The position numbers were made by a program, and so were the translations under genes. The notes beneath the pieces are model-generated. The model saw nothing but the letters and a program-made list of their open reading frames with translations, was not told the origin of the DNA and searched no databases. Below are positions 53,601 to 58,353 of a DNA stretch of 58,353 nucleotides, in pieces. Origin of the DNA: Tubiluchus corallicola (taxonomy: Eukaryota > Animalia > Priapulida); contig JAQGDQ010001160.1 of assembly GCA_030141605.1 (NCBI GenBank), positions 1-58,353 of the forward strand, given 5' to 3'. Position 1 is the stretch's first letter. Every line of letters begins with the position of its first letter.

Positions 53601-54702
53601 TCTCATTATATTAATTAATATTAAGTGGAATTCAAAATACAAAAATGAATAATTTAGTGAACTATTGCAAATTTAGTCGCGACTAATAATTTAGAGGCGC
53701 CTGTAAGATCTTCTAGTCTAGGTGACCTTCTCCACTCAAAAATCTGTCTTTTTATGTATACATTAATTATGATTTTTATACTTGTGTAGTTTCCCTGTAA
53801 CGGAATGTTTTATGTTAAAGGAATAAATGCAATACAGAAGTGCAATACAATTTAAACTCAATTATAAATAAATCTTTAAACAATAACTTTTCTCTAAAAA
53901 TCACAGTTGTGTTAAACGCGGTGGTTGCAACGGTTCGACGGGAGGTATTCGAGGCGACGCACAGAAATCGATTGGACAGCTACTGTAGAAGCGACTGACA
54001 CGATCCCCAGTCCTTGTATAATATTCACAGTGACACTATAGTACCTTCTCTCAATGAAGCCGATAAAAATTCGTTACGAGCCACGGGCTTCAGATTTGCG
54101 AACCGTGAAATCTTATCGTAAACACTCTCTCAATTTGCGAATTGCGATTTTCCGCCATATTTAAAGCGAGTTTCATGTACTTTGTGTGGTAAGGGTGCAA
54201 TCTTCGGAACGGAAAAGGGCAAAAGTTTCAAACTTGACGCAAAAGTTATTCATTTTTCTTATAATCTGCGCCAGAGAGAGAGCCAATTATTGATTAAATA
54301 ATTTTAATTTCACCACTATTTTGAAGATGAGTACCTTAGTTCTATCTCGGGAATTGAACCCAGGACTCAAGCAACGAAAGCTAATTTACAAGCACAAAAA
54401 AGTCTTTTCCTATTTTTTAAATGGCAATTGTTTTAAATGGGATGCGAATAAATTGAAACTTTCTTTCTCTTTATTTCATGAAGATCTTCGAATTGCACGG
54501 TGTCTTTCTACTCTAATATCACTTGTTCTCTGCAGAAATCAGCGTTTGACTTCGCTATATAGATTAGATTATATTAGATTAGATTTAATGGTTGACTGTT
54601 GCAATTATGCAGCATAAGAAGTTAGCAAAGAGGAAATTACTCCAACAAGAACAATGCTCAAAATATCCAATTATTTTGTATTTTTACTATTAGTATTGTC
54701 GA

Positions 54703-55225
54703 GGTGACGTATCGTTTCATTGTTACTCGCTGCCATGTTTTGTTTGCAAGTTGTAGTAACTTCTTTTGTGATCTTTTGGTTTACAACTTTGATTAATAAA
54801 GCAGATCCGTTCTGTTTTTGTCTGTATGTTTTAATTGGCAGAAGATAGTAGCGAGGATCATAACTCTATGGCAAAGACTTATTATTACATGGTTGGTGTT
54901 GTTTCTTATTAGATTTCGGTTCTTGCCTCTGAGAAGAGTTCTACTATTTATTTAGTACTAGTAACTTATTTTGTAAATATACTTTTGCTGTTATTAAACT
55001 ATTGGGTTTATATTGTTCATAATGTGAGTTTAATCACCATCTACTGATTGTAATTGAATCAAATGTTTTACCAAATCGAGTTTGATAATCATTAATTGTG
55101 ATGTCCATTATTCTTATATTAACACTTTACACTCAGCACTTGCCCCGTGGAGATACCTGAATCAGACCCAGTCTGTTTTGTAAATCCATTATAAATAAAC
55201 AAAGTTTAAACTAAACTAAACTAAA
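54703..55225 (+). mobile_element. SINE-like dispersed repeat, copy B, with (TAAAC)n tail
   Basis: See copy A; ends ATAAATAAACAAAGTTTAAACTAAACTAAACTAAA. Confidence 0.75.
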
Positions 55226-55414
55226 TCGACCAATTAACAATTAGATTAACAATTAACAAGTGACAATTTTAGATTTTCAAAATTTTCACAGTTCATAAAC
55301 TCTCTACTATGATTTGCACCGTTTTTATAGTTGAATAACATCATATAAATTATAAATTGTGGTTGTTTATTAAAGTGTGCGATTTGTTAATTGTATTTGT
55401 AAACTAAAGCGTTA

Positions 55415-55455
<41 letters not shown>

Positions 55456-55538
55456 CGTCGTCGTCGTCGTCGTCGTCGCCATCATCATCATCATCATCAT
55501 AATCATCATCATCATCATCATCATTATTATTATTACTA
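55415..55538. repeat. Compound (ATT)(TCG)(ATC)(ATT) microsatellite
   Basis: Visible. Confidence 0.93.
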
Positions 55539-55680
55539 CATGCTGCCTTTCTGCGAGATCTATTTGTGCAAAAAGTGTAGTATGTTTTCAAAAGGTTTGT
55601 TTTTTAATTAATTGGATGAATGCAAAGATCATAAGAACCACCAAGAGGGCAATTAACCAGTAATTAATTAATTTAAGTAA

Positions 55681-56827
55681 GTAATTGATAATAATGCAGC
55701 AATCAGTACGTGAACTTATAAAATATTCAAGTATTTTTACTGACCCAACTTGCAATTTTCCAATTGTTTCATGAAAGTATTTTGCAAAAGTCCAGGGGCA
55801 TATTAACCAATAGGCTAACTAGGCTTATAGCTTAGGGCGCCAAAGTTTGAGAGGCGTCACATTTTAGAAAAAAAATCTAATTCTTCTCGGAAAATGTGTA
55901 TATTTTCATATTTATATAAACGGCACATTTTATAACACACCACAGGCAATTATTGAGGACAGCTTTTATATAAGTGCTACATAACGAACAGGTGCAAGAT
56001 ATTACGCAACAAGCAAATACACGTAAGTAATAATGACCACGCAGAAACTAGGTTAATAGTGTTTCTAATACACCACAAGTAATTGTTTAATCTGCTCATT
56101 ACATAAACAATCATTAATTCACAATAGAGATGGGCGGGACAGAACTATCAGCCCACAGCGTTGTAAAGTCTTGATACGCCCTTATTTGCAGCTACCCCCT
56201 TCTAACAATTTCAATTCTAGTTTCAACCCTTATTCTATAAACGAGTGAAACAAACTCTTGCATTTACGTAATCAATTATCTATAAGCAGATTTAAACATT
56301 CACTAATCAAAAGATTTCGTCTTGCACTTAAAGCCTAATACTTTTCTAGCCGACGATACCTTGCTGTTTTGACGTATCGTTTAAGGCAAGGTACTAGTGA
56401 CCTAAATGAATCATTATATCTCTATGAAAATCCATCACTTTCACCTGTCTGTCCAAATAGTAGTCTTGCAGTGGAAAGTACCGCTCACTTTTTGCTGCAA
56501 TGTAATTAATACAACGACATCAGGTAAGACTTATTAACTAACGTATATCTTCTATTACTGCCACGTGTTAATTTTTTTAATCTTAGCTTCAATGAAGAAA
56601 CAGAATTATTCCTGTGTGGTTCTGACACGTTTCCTGATTATGTTAATAAATTAGTTCTGTATGAAACAAACTCAGATGTTTACGTCAAAATCTAACCGCA
56701 AATCCGAGCAATCTGTTTCTTCCTCCCCCCCCTTTATATTTGTGACAGAAGAATCGATTTATAAAAATTTATATATTCGTAGCTATTTTTTGTTTAATAC
56801 TTACCTATGTCAGCACTGTACATCTGT
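55681..56827. repeat. Right arm of the ~1.15 kb inverted repeat
   Basis: Reverse complement of 47839-48987. Confidence 0.95.
56340..56670 (+). mobile_element. Decayed LINE ORF2 C-terminal (zinc-knuckle) fragment inside the arm (mirrored at ~47995-48325)
   Basis: YRLRQGTSDLNESL...SPVCPNSSLAVESTAHFLLQCN*YNDIR. Confidence 0.72.
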
Positions 56828-58353
56828 GCGATATCACTCGAGTAGTTGATGGTATCGCACCAAGAAGTGATGGATTACATTTTAAATGTCTACGGCAACG
56901 TCTTAGCTTGAATTGAGTCATCAATAATAAGCTGAACTGACAATGTATGTATACACAGATTCAATACGTAACTGGAAAGAATACTCAGTATAAATGTGTT
57001 CTCATTAAGTTTAACAACTTCAACGAATCTGCTTTACAAATACTTTTAAGGCATAGGCTGTGCAATATTGTATAAGGATGTTATGAATTAATTGACGAAT
57101 AATGAAAATACATCGAATTTGTTCTATATTTTAGATATCATTAGCGTACAATGTGTTTTGAGCAACAGTAAACAGAGTTTATAAACGTGGTGTGAAAAAA
57201 ATAGTAGTAGGAAACTCAATTGTACTACTGGAGCTAATATCTACTAACTATTGATAAGACTATATTGAAACTTAGCAGTAAAGGATACCTTAAGGAACTC
57301 TCTATGTAGAATTAATTTTGGGCGAGTTTAAGTGGACCTACAACCTTTATTGTATATTGGTCACCATGTAATAATATGTTTAGATGCGAGGAAATTTTTA
57401 GCCTAATAAAGCTATAATTTTGATAAAATCTTTACAACTTACATACAACTTATATAAATGGGTTTGCGATGTTATTGGAACAAATTTACGCGGAATTTTG
57501 CTTTTTGGTTTTAATTTTTTGGCGCGCAGTGTTAGAAACATTATTTTTATTGAGTGTTAAGTTGTCTTGTTTAACATTATTTGACCAACGCTTTTGCACG
57601 CGTTGTACATCACCGTAACTGGTTTTCTCTCATTATTCAACGCTAGCTACTCGCTGAAAAATCCAAAAACAAACGACTTTCAAAATAGGTTTACATTACA
57701 CAGATCTGTTTTCGTGACAGCTTTGCAAAGTAGACCGCCGATTCACAGTCCTGGGTTGATTGATGACTCGCTTGTCTCGATAACTCATTGCTAAAGAACA
57801 TCTTATTGTATCTGCTCATCGCATGAACTCATTATGCTTACAGAGCTGAATAGAAGGTGTCATTTTGTGAAGAAATTCGACCAGACTTTTTCTGTTGCCA
57901 TTTTCAAATTAGGAGCAGAGCAATTAAGTCCAGATATCATCAGCGTCTGGGTTCAATACGATGTAATAATCTTGTCATTGCGTCTATTGAGAAAGTTTGA
58001 AAATGCTGCAGCCTGCAGAGGTGGATCGGTACAATAAACTGAGATTATTTATGGTAAATTACGATATTAGAAAAATACTTCTTTAATCATAATTTTAGCT
58101 GATGTTTTTGGAGAATGTCAGCTAAAATTCTAACAGTTAGGGTGTGGCAAAAACTGTTTGTTGGTGAGATGTGTTTTTTGACCTGCTATAAAACCTCTGA
58201 GTCATACTTGTAGGCTTTTCGTTTATAAACTTATTTTTTATGTTATGCTAACTTAGTATAATTGTTTATTATGGAAAAAGTAGAGACATTTTTCCACGCT
58301 TTCGATATTAAACAAAAATGAAAATTATATACTCTACACACGCAATTTACGGG

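Noticed and set aside
56460-56530. Exon with CAG|GTAAGA donor inside the inverted arms (duplicated host gene)
   Set aside because: The sequence is a LINE zinc-knuckle remnant with stops.

Overview
AT-rich, repeat-dense animal genomic DNA (probably an invertebrate) with spliceosomal introns; there is no prokaryotic or CRISPR content. Genes: (1) the last two exons of a GH18 chitinase with a Thr/Ser-rich linker and a CBM14 domain (+, 1208-2495); (2) two intronless class A GPCRs (-, 4241-5239 and 6827-7759) in a ~2.5 kb tandem duplication whose junction replaces the C-tail of copy 2 with 14 residues read from a minisatellite; (3) a LAT-type SLC7 amino-acid transporter light chain (-, ten phase-compatible exons, 34561->18629, 1446 nt; first and last exons not securely located) with many non-canonical binding-pocket residues. 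The rest is mobile DNA and repeats: a near full-length LINE (ORF1 intact, ORF2 broken) sitting in a (GA)n tract, other LINE fragments, solo LTRs, Tc2-like and hAT MITEs, a Penelope-type hammerhead remnant, a 5S-derived SINE remnant, several minisatellites, and ~1.15 kb near-perfect inverted repeats enclosing 6.7 kb. I see no clearly new biological system. The strongest leads are the chimeric GPCR pair, the divergent SLC7 pocket, LINE junctions at (TC)n, the splice-donor-like microsatellite and the 9 kb foldback. All alignments and counts were done by eye.
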